The notes under the pieces are model-generated. The model ran no database searches and had not been told where the DNA came from. It saw only the letters and a program-made list of their open reading frames with translations. Below are positions 38,643-48,297 of a stretch of 64,000 nucleotides of DNA, in pieces. The position numbers and the translations under genes were made by a program. The stretch is taken from NCBI GenBank assembly GCA_964387845.1, contig CAYLXA010000001.1, forward strand, positions 96,001 through 160,000, written 5' to 3'. The stretch is from an uncultured bacterium. GTDB taxonomy: Bacteria > Omnitrophota > Omnitrophia > Omnitrophales > Abzuiibacteriaceae. Each line of letters opens with the position of its first letter. Position 1 is the first letter of the stretch.

Positions 38643-40382
38643 TTACTTCGAACTTTTGATGTATTGGCGCGTCACGCGCTCAACTTCATCGATAATTTCT
38701 TGAGGCGTAAACGGCAGCCCCGAAATTTTATTAAACGGAACCACTTCAATCTGGAATTTCTCACGGATCAAACGTGCGAATTGACCCAAATAATTTAACT
38801 CCGGAACAATAATTTTCTTGCACGAACGAACAAAAGTTTCCATTTCATGAACCGGCAGCGGATTGAGAACTCTCGGATGCAGCGCGCCTACTTTATACCC
38901 CATCGCCGTAAGACGCAAAATGGCTTCGCGAATGACTCCTTCCGTCGAACCCCAGCCCAAAATTCCGACATCAGGCTTATCGGATCCATAATGGCGGATC
39001 AACTCGGCACCTTTTAAGACGAGTTCTAATTTTTTAAAGCGCTTTTCCTGCATGGTGACGTGATTTTGCTGGTCCCAATTCGGAGATCCCTCCTCGCCAT
39101 GCTCAAGACCGGTTGCCGTGAAAATGCTGCCCGGCTCACCCGGAATTGCCATGGCCGAAACACCGGTCGGATTCAGACGATAACGTTTGTACGACTGTAG
39201 TTCTTCCTCAGAAGGCTTTCTCCGCTCTTCGATCAAAACCGATTTCAAATCAGGACGTGGAATGGTAGAGGTTCTTTGTGCGAGCGACTGATCGGACAAT
39301 ACAATCACCGGACATTGACAGCGAACTGCATAGTTAAACGCACGAATAATTCCATAAAATGAATCTTGAACACTCGTCAAAGCCATCACGATACGCGGTG
39401 CTTCGCCGTGGCCGCCATAGAGCGCCTGAAAAAGATCGCTTTGTTCTGTTTTGGTCGGCATGCCTGTGCTTGGGCCGGCGCGTTGAACGTCTACAATGAC
39501 GCACGGAATTTCGGCCATGCTGGCCAATCCTAACAATTCGGTCATCAATGACAATCCGGGGCCCGACGTGGCAGTCATCGACTTCACACCGCCATAACCG
39601 GCGCCAATCACCATCGATAACGCCGCAATTTCATCCTCTGCTTGGACGAGAGATCCGCCAAAGCGCGGCATTTCCTTCGAAAGCCATTCCATAATATCCG
39701 TCGCCGGTGTAATAGGATAGCCGGCATAAAAACGGCAGCCTGCGACGAGGGCGCCTAGCGCTAGCGCTTGGTTGCCTGAGATCACCAGCCGGTTATTCGC
39801 ATCTTTGCGGCCGACCGTGTAAGGATCTTTTTTCTCGACGTGCTGCTCGACATAATGATAGCCATGCTCAAGCGCTTTGACGTTTAAATTGACGATTGCC
39901 TCGCCCTTTTTCTTAAAACGCTTGGTGATCATGCTGACTAATTTTTCGAGAGGAAAATTAAATAGTTTCGCCAGAATGCCCAGGAAAATAATGTTTTTTG
40001 TCAGGTAGCTATTGAGTTCTTTGCGGGCCATATCGGAAACTGGAATCGCATACTGTATTTCCGGAACGCCTTCTTTCGGCTTGCAGGAGCTGGAATCGTA
40101 AACCAAAACGCCGCCCTGCTTGCGGATAGAATCAGCATGCAGATCGTATGCTTCTTGGTTAAAACAAACGAGAACATCAACGGCATCGCCTTTGGAGAAC
40201 AAGATTTCGCGGCCAACGCGAAGTTGATACATACAAGGCCCGCCTTTGATTTCGGCGGGATACGTGCGGAATGTGAAAATTTCGAGCCCGGCTTGCGCGG
40301 CTGATTGCGTTAAGATATCACTACAGCTGATAACACCTTCTCCGCCTTCTCCGGCCAATCTAAAAATAACGCTTTCTTCCAT
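38643..40382 (-). CDS. korA: 2-oxoglutarate/2-oxoacid:ferredoxin oxidoreductase alpha subunit (fused gamma+alpha domains)
   Basis: The track ORF extends to 40418 (MSGR...), which would overlap the upstream gene by 32 nt. The internal Met (MEESVIFRLAGEGGEGV) matches the usual gamma-domain start and leaves a 4-nt gap. Confidence 0.85.
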   Translation of the reverse strand: MEESVIFRLAGEGGEGVISCSDILTQSAAQAGLEIFTFRTYPAEIKGGPCMYQLRVGREILFSKGDAVDVLVCFNQEAYDLHADSIRKQGGVLVYDSSSCKPKEGVPEIQYAIPVSDMARKELNSYLTKNIIFLGILAKLFNFPLEKLVSMITKRFKKKGEAIVNLNVKALEHGYHYVEQHVEKKDPYTVGRKDANNRLVISGNQALALGALVAGCRFYAGYPITPATDIMEWLSKEMPRFGGSLVQAEDEIAALSMVIGAGYGGVKSMTATSGPGLSLMTELLGLASMAEIPCVIVDVQRAGPSTGMPTKTEQSDLFQALYGGHGEAPRIVMALTSVQDSFYGIIRAFNYAVRCQCPVIVLSDQSLAQRTSTIPRPDLKSVLIEERRKPSEEELQSYKRYRLNPTGVSAMAIPGEPGSIFTATGLEHGEEGSPNWDQQNHVTMQEKRFKKLELVLKGAELIRHYGSDKPDVGILGWGSTEGVIREAILRLTAMGYKVGALHPRVLNPLPVHEMETFVRSCKKIIVPELNYLGQFARLIREKFQIEVVPFNKISGLPFTPQEIIDEVERVTRQYIKSSK

Positions 40383-40386
40383 TGCA

Positions 40387-40818
40387 TTACTCCTCATGAA
40401 TATCACCCGGCCTGACATCTAACGGCTGGCGATACATAAAACCTTTTCCGACTTCGTGCCAATGATCGATCTTGTCTTCATCCAACTTCCAGCACAAATA
40501 AACGACTTTTCCGTCCATCAAGGAATAAAAATCAACGAGCCCCGTTTCCACATCTTTCAGAAGACAGCCAAACTCCTGAATTTTATCAATGGTTTCGTAA
40601 AAATCCGTCACGACATTTTGATGCTTTTTGACCAGGGACTCGATTTCTTTCTTCGAATTCGAGTTACCTGACCCGCTGACAATTTCGAGTGCATCAATCT
40701 GCGCTTCGATATGAACGGCTTGGCTTTGTTTTTCCTTTAACTGATGGATAAGATCTCTTAAAACGGGGATTAGCTGATTGGCTTCTTCAACTGTAAATAC
40801 CTTTAACTCATTATCCAT
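40387..40818 (-). CDS. DUF2203-family conserved hypothetical protein
   Basis: The 143-aa product has N-terminal coiled-coil-like segments and a C-terminal VVYLCWKLDEDKIDHWHEVGKGF motif typical of DUF2203. Confidence 0.55.
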   Translation of the reverse strand: MDNELKVFTVEEANQLIPVLRDLIHQLKEKQSQAVHIEAQIDALEIVSGSGNSNSKKEIESLVKKHQNVVTDFYETIDKIQEFGCLLKDVETGLVDFYSLMDGKVVYLCWKLDEDKIDHWHEVGKGFMYRQPLDVRPGDIHEE

Positions 40819-40961
40819 TCATGCCTCGGAACCGCTGATTTTTAGGATATCCTGACAATATATAGGAAGACCGGAAACCTGTTTCAAATATACAGCAAGG
40901 GACCCAGCCAATCAAGGGCTTTGTTACCTAACTGCTTTTAAAATTGAGTTTTCCGAAGATT

Positions 40962-41351
40962 TTAAGAACTATAAACAAGCCGACCGCCGAGATCGCTTGC
41001 CACCGAAACCAGAATGATTCCTAAGAGCGACCCAACTATCAAAATCAGCTTATAGCTGGCCTTCGCAGGATTCGCCTTATACCAATAAAATCCGCGCGCG
41101 GTATAAATAATAAACACGCAAACAGCCGCTACAAAATGATTCCGGATAGGGGGCGAAATTTCACCGGCATCCACATAACCCGCTATCATGGCAAGAACCA
41201 TGAGCGCGTAACCTGCTTTAAATGACAAAAACGCGAATTTCTTATAAGAATCGTCCTTCTTAAAATGCCAAAGACATAAAAGAAAGAATTCAAAGAAATA
41301 AAGCGCGATCGGAAAATGCACGGTCATCGGATGAAAATGAAGGTGCTCCAT
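40962..41351 (-). CDS. DUF2231-family small membrane protein
   Basis: The 129-aa product has four TM helices and the conserved N-terminal HPMTVHFPIAL motif. Confidence 0.55.
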   Translation of the reverse strand: MEHLHFHPMTVHFPIALYFFEFFLLCLWHFKKDDSYKKFAFLSFKAGYALMVLAMIAGYVDAGEISPPIRNHFVAAVCVFIIYTARGFYWYKANPAKASYKLILIVGSLLGIILVSVASDLGGRLVYSS

Positions 41352-41379
41352 AAAAGCCCTTTCTTAAGACGGTGCAGAA

Positions 41380-41655
41380 CTAATGGCTGTGTGAATGATT
41401 GTGTCCGACCACTTCTTTTTTAGTGCCATGCCCCAATATGGTAATAAATTTTTCAGGGTTTTTCTTAAACTTGTCAGAGCACATTTTGCAGCAAATACCG
41501 TAACGCTTGCCCTGATATTCCACAAATGATTTTCCGGAAACATCATCACCGCTCACGGGGCACATTTTATTTCCGGCGTCAATCAGTTCGGCTGCAAAAA
41601 GATTTGTTGAACCAAGTAACAATACAGTAAACATTGTTAAAATTATTTTCTTCAT
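41380..41655 (-). CDS. YHS-domain metal-binding periplasmic protein with a C-terminal His-rich tail
   Basis: The product has a signal peptide and a YHS motif CPVSG...YQGKRYGICCKMCSDKFKKNPEKF. It ends in HNHSHSH and sits immediately downstream of cusA. Confidence 0.7.
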   Translation of the reverse strand: MKKIILTMFTVLLLGSTNLFAAELIDAGNKMCPVSGDDVSGKSFVEYQGKRYGICCKMCSDKFKKNPEKFITILGHGTKKEVVGHNHSHSH

Positions 41656-44600
41656 GTCAAAGCTCCTTTCTGATTTAATTTTAATTCACGAGACTTCCAA
41701 ACCGCGTAAATCGCGGGATACACCAAAAGTTCGAGGATAAACGATGTCAACAGCCCACCGATCATAGGCGCCGCAATCCGTTTCATCACATCGGCACCGG
41801 CGCCCATCGTCCACATGATGGGAATCAAACCCATGAATGAAGTAACGACTGTCATCATTTTGGGCCTCACGCGCTTGACCGCTCCGTGGACCACAGCTTC
41901 ATCCAAATCCTCTTTGGTTTTCATTTTGCCGTTTTTGACCGCGTCTTGATACGCTAAATCTAAAAAGAGCAGCATGAAAACACCCGTTTCGGCATCGAGT
42001 CCCATTAGCGCAATCATGCCGACCCAAACAGCAATTGAAATATTGTAGTCCAGAATCCAAAGCAGCCAAACCGCTCCGATCAGCGAAAATGGGACGGCAA
42101 GCAAGACGATCCCTGTTTTCACCCATGATTTGGTATTGATATAAAGCAGGAAACAAATAATAAACAGTGTGAGCGGTATTACAATTTTCAAACGTTCTTT
42201 CACACGGATCATATTTTCATACTGCCCGCTCCAAAGCAGCGTGTAACCCGGCGTCAGCTTTAGTTCTCGATCGACGATTTTCTTCGCCTCATCAACATAG
42301 CTTCCAATATCGCGCCCTGTCATATCAACATATACGTACCCGGCCAACAAACCATTTTCATTTCGGATCATGGCTGGCCCGGAATTTAAGCGGATATCCG
42401 CAAGCTGCGCAAGCGGCACATGAGTTCCTGACGGCGTCGGCACAAAAACACGTTTTAGTTTTTCAATGTCATCCCGAAATTCACGTGAATAACGGACATT
42501 GACCGGATAACGTTCGCGGCCTTCGATAGTAGTTGTGATATTCTCACCGCCGATTGCAGTCATGATAACCAGCTGCGCATCATCAACTGAAAGCCCATAA
42601 CGCGCAAGTTCTTCGCGCTTCAAATCAAAATCCACAAAATAGCCGCCCGCCACCCGTTCCGCGTAGACGCTGCGTGTTCCCGGAACGTTTCGAAGAATCA
42701 TTTCAATATGCGTTCCGATTTCCTGGATCTTTTGAATATCATCGCCCAGGATTTTGATTCCGATCGGCGTTCGGACGCCTGTTGTTAGCATGTCAATCCG
42801 GTTTTTAATCGGCATCGTCCAGGCGTTTGTAGTCCCCGGAATTTTGAGCGCTTGATCCATCAGTTCAATTAATTCTTCGTGAGAAATACGCTCAGGCCAA
42901 ACACTTTGAAAAGGCCATTTGAAATGAGCCGGCAGCCACGAATGCCACCTTGGCTTGAAGCGCCATTCTTTTTCGGGCTTGAGCAGCACAACAGTTTCCA
43001 TCATGGAAAACGGCGCAGGGTCGGTCGAGCTTTCGATACGGCCGGATTTTCCGAACACACGCTCCACTTCGGGAAAACTTTTGAGGATTTTATCTTGTTT
43101 CTGTAAAAGTGCCTGAGCTTCGGTTACTGAAATTCCGGGCAAAGTGGTCGGCATGTAGAGAATGCTGCCTTCCCATAAGGGCGGCATAAATTCGGTGCCA
43201 AGACGCATATAAACCGGAATGGTTGTGAGCACCAATAAAAGCGCTGCGATAATTGTTTTCTTGCGGTGTCTTAGAACAAACCGGCACACCGGTTCATAAA
43301 TCTTAAATAAAACTTTGCTGACCGGATGTTTTTCTTCGGGATAGTAAGTGCCAACAAAAAGCGTGGTTGCCATTTTAGACAGCCATGTGAGCTTGATCCC
43401 CTCGCCCTTCCCTCGCTTCGAAGGAAAAAGATTGATGGTGAGGGGTTTGAACGGCTCCATGCGCGTAAAGAGCATCCGGATCGCAGGATCGAGTGTAATG
43501 GCCAAAATGGCGGCAATCGCCATCGCTAAATTCTTGGACCAGGCGAGAGGTTTAAAGAGGCGCCCTTCCTGATCCACTAAAGTGAAAATCGGCAAGAAGG
43601 CGACGGCAATCACAAGCAGTGAAAAGAAAATAGAGGGCCCGACTTCTTTTAACGCCTGAAGCCGGACTACATGGAAATCCCCTTTCCTACCGCCTTCTAT
43701 CCATTGCTCCAGCCGTTTGTATGCGTTTTCAACTTCTACGATAGCGCCGTCCACCAAAACACCGATTGAAATGGCGATGCCGGCAAGCGACATGATGTTG
43801 GATGTTAGGTTCATTCCGTTCAGAAGAATGAACGAAAGCAGCACCGAAATCGGAATGGTCACAATCGGAACAATCGCAGACGGAAAATGCCAGAGGAAAA
43901 TCATAATGATGATGCTGACAATAATCATTTCTTCAACAAGCTGATGTTTCAGCGTTTCAATCGCACGGACGATTAAATCCGACCTGTCGTAAAGCTCTAC
44001 CAATTCCACGCCTGGAGGAAATGAGGATTTCAATTCCTTAAACCGCTCCTTAACACGTTTGATGACTGTCAAAGCATTTTCACCGGAGCGCATGACGATG
44101 GTTCCTGTCACCACATCGCCCTCGCCGTTTAAGTCCGCAAGCCCGCGGCGGATTTCAGGCCCGATTGTCACAGTCCCGATGTGTTTCACCAAAATCGGCG
44201 TGCCTTTTTCATCGATACCGACTACAATATTTTCAAATTCATCAATTGTTTTCGCATAACCACGGCTCCGCACCATGTATTCCGCGCCTGAAAATTCAAG
44301 AAGCCTTCCGCCGACCTCCTGATTTCCTTTCCGGATCGCCTCTACCACGCGTGTGATCGGCATGTTGTAAGCCAAAAGCCGGTTTGGATCGATTGTCACT
44401 TGATATTGCTTCACAAATCCGCCGAGAGAAGCGACTTCGGCAACGCCCGGAACGCTTTGAAGGTTGTAGCGCAGAAACCAATCTTGAAAAGATCTTAATT
44501 CCTGGAGGTCGTGCTGCCCGGTTTTATCAACAATCGCGTATTGATAAACCCAGCCAACACCCGTCGCGTCAGGCCCAAGTTCGGTTTTGACACCGTCGGG

Positions 44601-45023
44601 AAGCTTTGGGATGATTTTGCTGAGGTATTCAAGCGTACGGCTTCTCGCCCAGTAAAGATCGGTACCGTCCTTGAAAATGACATAAACATAAGAAAATCCA
44701 AAATCCGAAAAGCCGCGGATTGCTTTCACATTGGGCGCTCCGAGCATCGCCGTCACGATCGGATACGTCACTTGATCTTCAATGATGTCGGGACTTCTAT
44801 CCCAGCGCGAATAAATAATGACCTGCGTATCCGACAAATCCGGAATAGCATCAAGCGGAATCCGCTTGAGCGACCAAATGGCTGCTAAAATGGCGCATCC
44901 AACAAGAATCAATACCAAAAATTTATTGTGCGCCGAAAATTCAATGATCTTCTCGATCACGCCTTCTTTTCTATTCGGATTAAGCTCCATGTTGATGGCC
45001 TCCGGCTCCGCCGATTTCTTCAA
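41652..45023 (-). CDS. cusA: CusA/CzcA-family heavy-metal efflux RND transporter
   Basis: The 1123-aa product has the HME-RND N-terminal consensus (FLVLILVG...DAIPDLSDTQVIIYS) and 12 TM helices. The start may be the internal MELNPN... at about 44990. Confidence 0.95.
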   Translation of the reverse strand: MKKSAEPEAINMELNPNRKEGVIEKIIEFSAHNKFLVLILVGCAILAAIWSLKRIPLDAIPDLSDTQVIIYSRWDRSPDIIEDQVTYPIVTAMLGAPNVKAIRGFSDFGFSYVYVIFKDGTDLYWARSRTLEYLSKIIPKLPDGVKTELGPDATGVGWVYQYAIVDKTGQHDLQELRSFQDWFLRYNLQSVPGVAEVASLGGFVKQYQVTIDPNRLLAYNMPITRVVEAIRKGNQEVGGRLLEFSGAEYMVRSRGYAKTIDEFENIVVGIDEKGTPILVKHIGTVTIGPEIRRGLADLNGEGDVVTGTIVMRSGENALTVIKRVKERFKELKSSFPPGVELVELYDRSDLIVRAIETLKHQLVEEMIIVSIIIMIFLWHFPSAIVPIVTIPISVLLSFILLNGMNLTSNIMSLAGIAISIGVLVDGAIVEVENAYKRLEQWIEGGRKGDFHVVRLQALKEVGPSIFFSLLVIAVAFLPIFTLVDQEGRLFKPLAWSKNLAMAIAAILAITLDPAIRMLFTRMEPFKPLTINLFPSKRGKGEGIKLTWLSKMATTLFVGTYYPEEKHPVSKVLFKIYEPVCRFVLRHRKKTIIAALLLVLTTIPVYMRLGTEFMPPLWEGSILYMPTTLPGISVTEAQALLQKQDKILKSFPEVERVFGKSGRIESSTDPAPFSMMETVVLLKPEKEWRFKPRWHSWLPAHFKWPFQSVWPERISHEELIELMDQALKIPGTTNAWTMPIKNRIDMLTTGVRTPIGIKILGDDIQKIQEIGTHIEMILRNVPGTRSVYAERVAGGYFVDFDLKREELARYGLSVDDAQLVIMTAIGGENITTTIEGRERYPVNVRYSREFRDDIEKLKRVFVPTPSGTHVPLAQLADIRLNSGPAMIRNENGLLAGYVYVDMTGRDIGSYVDEAKKIVDRELKLTPGYTLLWSGQYENMIRVKERLKIVIPLTLFIICFLLYINTKSWVKTGIVLLAVPFSLIGAVWLLWILDYNISIAVWVGMIALMGLDAETGVFMLLFLDLAYQDAVKNGKMKTKEDLDEAVVHGAVKRVRPKMMTVVTSFMGLIPIMWTMGAGADVMKRIAAPMIGGLLTSFILELLVYPAIYAVWKSRELKLNQKGALT

Positions 45024-46245
45024 GCGCAGATGTCAGGCGGCTTTCGGAATCAATTAAAAAATTTCCGCTTGTCACAGCCAGCTCGCCCTCTGACAAACCG
45101 TTTTTAATTTCATAAAACCGGTCGGTCTTCACACCAAGCGTGACTTCGCGCGGTTCAAACCGTCCATCCGGTTTCGAAACAAATACCACGTTTTTCTCTC
45201 CGGTCCTAAATACCGCCTCTTCCGATACGGCAAGCACATCGCCCAAATCAATTCGAAGCACCGCATTGACATACATTTGCGGTTTCAAAAAGCCTTCCGG
45301 ATTATCAAGCACAGCACGGATATTAATGGTTCTGGTCATCGAATCAATCACCGTATCCACAGCGCGGATAATGCCTTTCCATTTTTTTCCTGAAACAGCC
45401 GGGACTTCTACCTCGACCTCATTTCCGATTTTCACAAGCGGCATTTCATATTCATAAATCGGTGCATAAAGCCATGCGGTTCCGCCTGCTTCCGAATAAA
45501 GCAGTGAGCGGTCGGCTTTGCCTGCGGTTTCCAATTCTTGAATAATCTCATCGCTTAAGCCCATCAATTTCAATTTAATGCGCGCAGATTCCACAAGCTT
45601 CGCGGCTTGTTCCTTGATTTCCTGGATGGTACCGCCCTCTGCTTTTTTGAGCGATTCACGGGCTTGCAAATATTCTTCTTCGGCTTGGTAAAGCACGGGG
45701 TCATAGGCAATACGGCCTGCCGTGCGGATGGTTTTTGTCATCGGTATTTTTTTGACCGCCTCTGTCTTGACCCCGATGAGCTGCTGTTTTTCCGGATCCA
45801 ATTTGACATTGGCATAGCCGTCTGGCAGCAAATCTTTAATCACAACACCTAAATCTTCGCCGCAATGCGGACATTTTCCGGCGCGCGCAATTTCTTCTGT
45901 CATTGCAATCATGCATTGGCCCATTTTGCACTTATGAAGCAGGCAAATTTCACCCGGCTTCATACTCATGAGTTCCTTTAGCGTCATTTCACGCGGCTGA
46001 TTGGATCCGTGGGGCATATGCGCCTTTTCAGATTCGCCTCGCTTCACCAGGTTCATGTTGCATATCGGACAGCTGCCAGGCCGGTCAGACGTATAAGTCG
46101 GATGCATCGGACAATAATAAAGTGGCTTGCTTGCAGTTTTATGTGTTTGATTATGCATCTTTGGCGCTTGACGCATCCAAACTGCAGCGCCTACTATCGC
46201 GATGACAATTACCAAAAGCGCAATCAGTGTTTTATTTTTGTTCAT
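44980..46245 (-). CDS. cusB: efflux RND periplasmic adaptor (CusB-like) with an N-terminal CPMHP heavy-metal-binding domain
   Basis: The 421-aa product has YYCPMHPTYTSDRPGSCPICNMNL, the metal-binding domain fused to CusB-like MFPs, followed by biotinyl-like and beta-barrel MFP domains. Confidence 0.85.
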   Translation of the reverse strand: MNKNKTLIALLVIVIAIVGAAVWMRQAPKMHNQTHKTASKPLYYCPMHPTYTSDRPGSCPICNMNLVKRGESEKAHMPHGSNQPREMTLKELMSMKPGEICLLHKCKMGQCMIAMTEEIARAGKCPHCGEDLGVVIKDLLPDGYANVKLDPEKQQLIGVKTEAVKKIPMTKTIRTAGRIAYDPVLYQAEEEYLQARESLKKAEGGTIQEIKEQAAKLVESARIKLKLMGLSDEIIQELETAGKADRSLLYSEAGGTAWLYAPIYEYEMPLVKIGNEVEVEVPAVSGKKWKGIIRAVDTVIDSMTRTINIRAVLDNPEGFLKPQMYVNAVLRIDLGDVLAVSEEAVFRTGEKNVVFVSKPDGRFEPREVTLGVKTDRFYEIKNGLSEGELAVTSGNFLIDSESRLTSALEEIGGAGGHQHGA

Positions 46246-47501
46246 TGCTTCCCCTCTTTCGTTTGAGTCAACACGGTTAAGCCGCAGCAGCGTAGAAGAT
46301 CAACGTAAGCTTTTAGTGATTCTGTGTGAAATTGAATTTGCGCGAGTTTTGCGTTGAAGTAAACCCGCTCGCTATCGAGTAGATTTAAAAAATCAACATT
46401 TCCCGCCTCATAACCTGCCTGATCGGCAGAAAGCGCGAGCTTTGCCTGCGGAACAATTGCGGTTTCATAAAGTTCCGACATTTTGAGTGCGGTTTGGTAT
46501 CGATGATAAGAATCTTTGACTTCCCGGAAGGTTTTATTTTTTGTTTCCAACAAGTCAGCTTCGCGCGCCTCTTCAAGAAGTTTCGCTTCCTGGATTTCGG
46601 GAATAATCCGGTTTTGCCAGACCGGAAGATTGAAACGGATCGGCATCATCCATTCGCTATCGCCCTCCTTCGGTTTGATCAGCCGCGCTCCGATATCCAG
46701 ATCCGGAATATAGGAAAGCTGCGCGAGACGTTTCGTGTGAGCGGCCTTTTGGACTTCAGCTTCGGCTGCCTGAATTTCCTGCCGGTTTTCAACAGCAATA
46801 TTAATAAGCTCGACCAATGAATAATCCAAGACCGGCTTTTCGGGAAGGACCGCTTTTCCGATCGGCAGCATTGGGTCTCGGTTTAACAGCGCATTCAATA
46901 CGGCGACTACACTTTCGCGCTTTTGCTCAAGCTCATATAATTTTTCTAATGATAAAGAAAATTCCGCCTGAGCTTTTGCGACATCTCTTTGGTCACCCGC
47001 AAGATTGGAATACCGCGCGGAAGCTATGGACTCAAACCGTTTAAGCAATTCCTTAATTTCATTAATCGTCTCTAGCGAAGCATCGACATAATAGAGATCG
47101 TAATAAGCATCCGTCAGTCGCAGCAAAAGGTCGCGCTCGACAATTTCTTGTTTTAGCGATGCAATATCAGCGTCGTTCTTCGCAATTTTTCCTTTTTGAT
47201 ATAACTTAACTGGAAACGGAATCGCTTGTGAAACCATGTATTCACTCTCAGCAGTTCCTGGCGTGATTTCGGCCATCGGGTCCGGAAGTGCCGTCTCCTG
47301 CCAAATTTTTTTCCTGGCGGCAAGCAACTCGGCTTTAGCGCTAATGAGTTCCGGGTTCTGTTTGAGCGCAAGCTCGATTAAATCATCCAGCCGCACTTCC
47401 TGAAGCGGAGCGCTCGCCTCGTTTTCGGCGATTACATTTCCGGAAACTGAAATCGCCATCGCGACTAACACACACATTAATTTGTATAAAAAGTGGTCCA
47501 T
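46242..47501 (-). CDS. TolC-family outer-membrane efflux protein (CusC-like)
   Basis: The protein has two OEP repeats. The likely start is the internal MDHFLYKLMCVLVAMAIS signal peptide. The track ORF extends to 47543. Confidence 0.8.
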   Translation of the reverse strand: MDHFLYKLMCVLVAMAISVSGNVIAENEASAPLQEVRLDDLIELALKQNPELISAKAELLAARKKIWQETALPDPMAEITPGTAESEYMVSQAIPFPVKLYQKGKIAKNDADIASLKQEIVERDLLLRLTDAYYDLYYVDASLETINEIKELLKRFESIASARYSNLAGDQRDVAKAQAEFSLSLEKLYELEQKRESVVAVLNALLNRDPMLPIGKAVLPEKPVLDYSLVELINIAVENRQEIQAAEAEVQKAAHTKRLAQLSYIPDLDIGARLIKPKEGDSEWMMPIRFNLPVWQNRIIPEIQEAKLLEEAREADLLETKNKTFREVKDSYHRYQTALKMSELYETAIVPQAKLALSADQAGYEAGNVDFLNLLDSERVYFNAKLAQIQFHTESLKAYVDLLRCCGLTVLTQTKEGKQ

Positions 47502-47586
47502 TTTAAACTCCTGTTGATCAAAATAACTGTAAAATCTCCACACGCCGCTCGTTAAAGGTTTCGGCGCAAAGAAGTATTTTGAGAAA

Positions 47587-47964
47587 TCAAATCAGGAGCT
47601 GAACGGTCGCAAGCTTGGATAAGCTTGGCGGAGATATTTCGGAATGATTTAAAACGCTTGAAGTAAAGCCGGGTACAAAAACTGCTTTGGCCTCTGGTGA
47701 AATGGTTTTAAAACCGGAAACCAATTTTTCTACTTCAAAAGAATGAACGCCTGCAGCTTGATCCTTATTAATCACCATCGGCTTGTCGGTGCAGGCATTC
47801 TCGCCCGGGCAGCAGCAAGAATCGGCTTTGGTTATAATCACTTCATTCGCCGCCGCTTGTGCTGTGGGACAGTGACACAACGCCGCACACATAAAAACAA
47901 ATGTCGGCACTAAAAACACTGCTAACAAAATTCGTAATATTTTATTGCCGCATTTGGTTTTCAT
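47587..47964 (-). CDS. small secreted cysteine-rich hypothetical protein (possible metal-binding)
   Basis: The 125-aa product has a signal peptide and cysteine clusters CHC and ADSCCCPGENAC. It is the first gene of the cus operon direction. No homolog was recognised. Confidence 0.4.
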   Translation of the reverse strand: MKTKCGNKILRILLAVFLVPTFVFMCAALCHCPTAQAAANEVIITKADSCCCPGENACTDKPMVINKDQAAGVHSFEVEKLVSGFKTISPEAKAVFVPGFTSSVLNHSEISPPSLSKLATVQLLI

Positions 47965-48297
47965 AAAAACGCCTCAAAATCTAGTAAAAAACTAACACAG
48001 ACTTTGTTTTTCTGTCAAGAACCTCATGCCATTTATCGTCCTCTTTTGCCTAAAATATCAGCTGGCTGTTAAAAATTTTTTAGGTGTAAGGTGTGAATCA
48101 ATTTTTGCCTTATTTTCGCCCTCCAAAATCAATAAACCAAGCGAAAATGACTTTCTAAAACGCTGAAGAAAGTCAAATCGCTTTATCTGTCAAAATTTGA
48201 CAACACGTAATTGCCGTGCGACGCTCAAATTAGGTGCGTGAAAGGCTTTTGTTCGTAAAAAACAAAATGACGACACAAACCAGACCCTACAACAACC

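Noticed and set aside
40383-40418. Upstream start (MSGRVIFMRSNA...) for korA
   Set aside because: It would overlap the upstream DUF2203 gene by 32 nt. The internal Met matches the conserved N-terminus of the gamma domain (VIFRLAGEGG). I kept it as an alternative start only.
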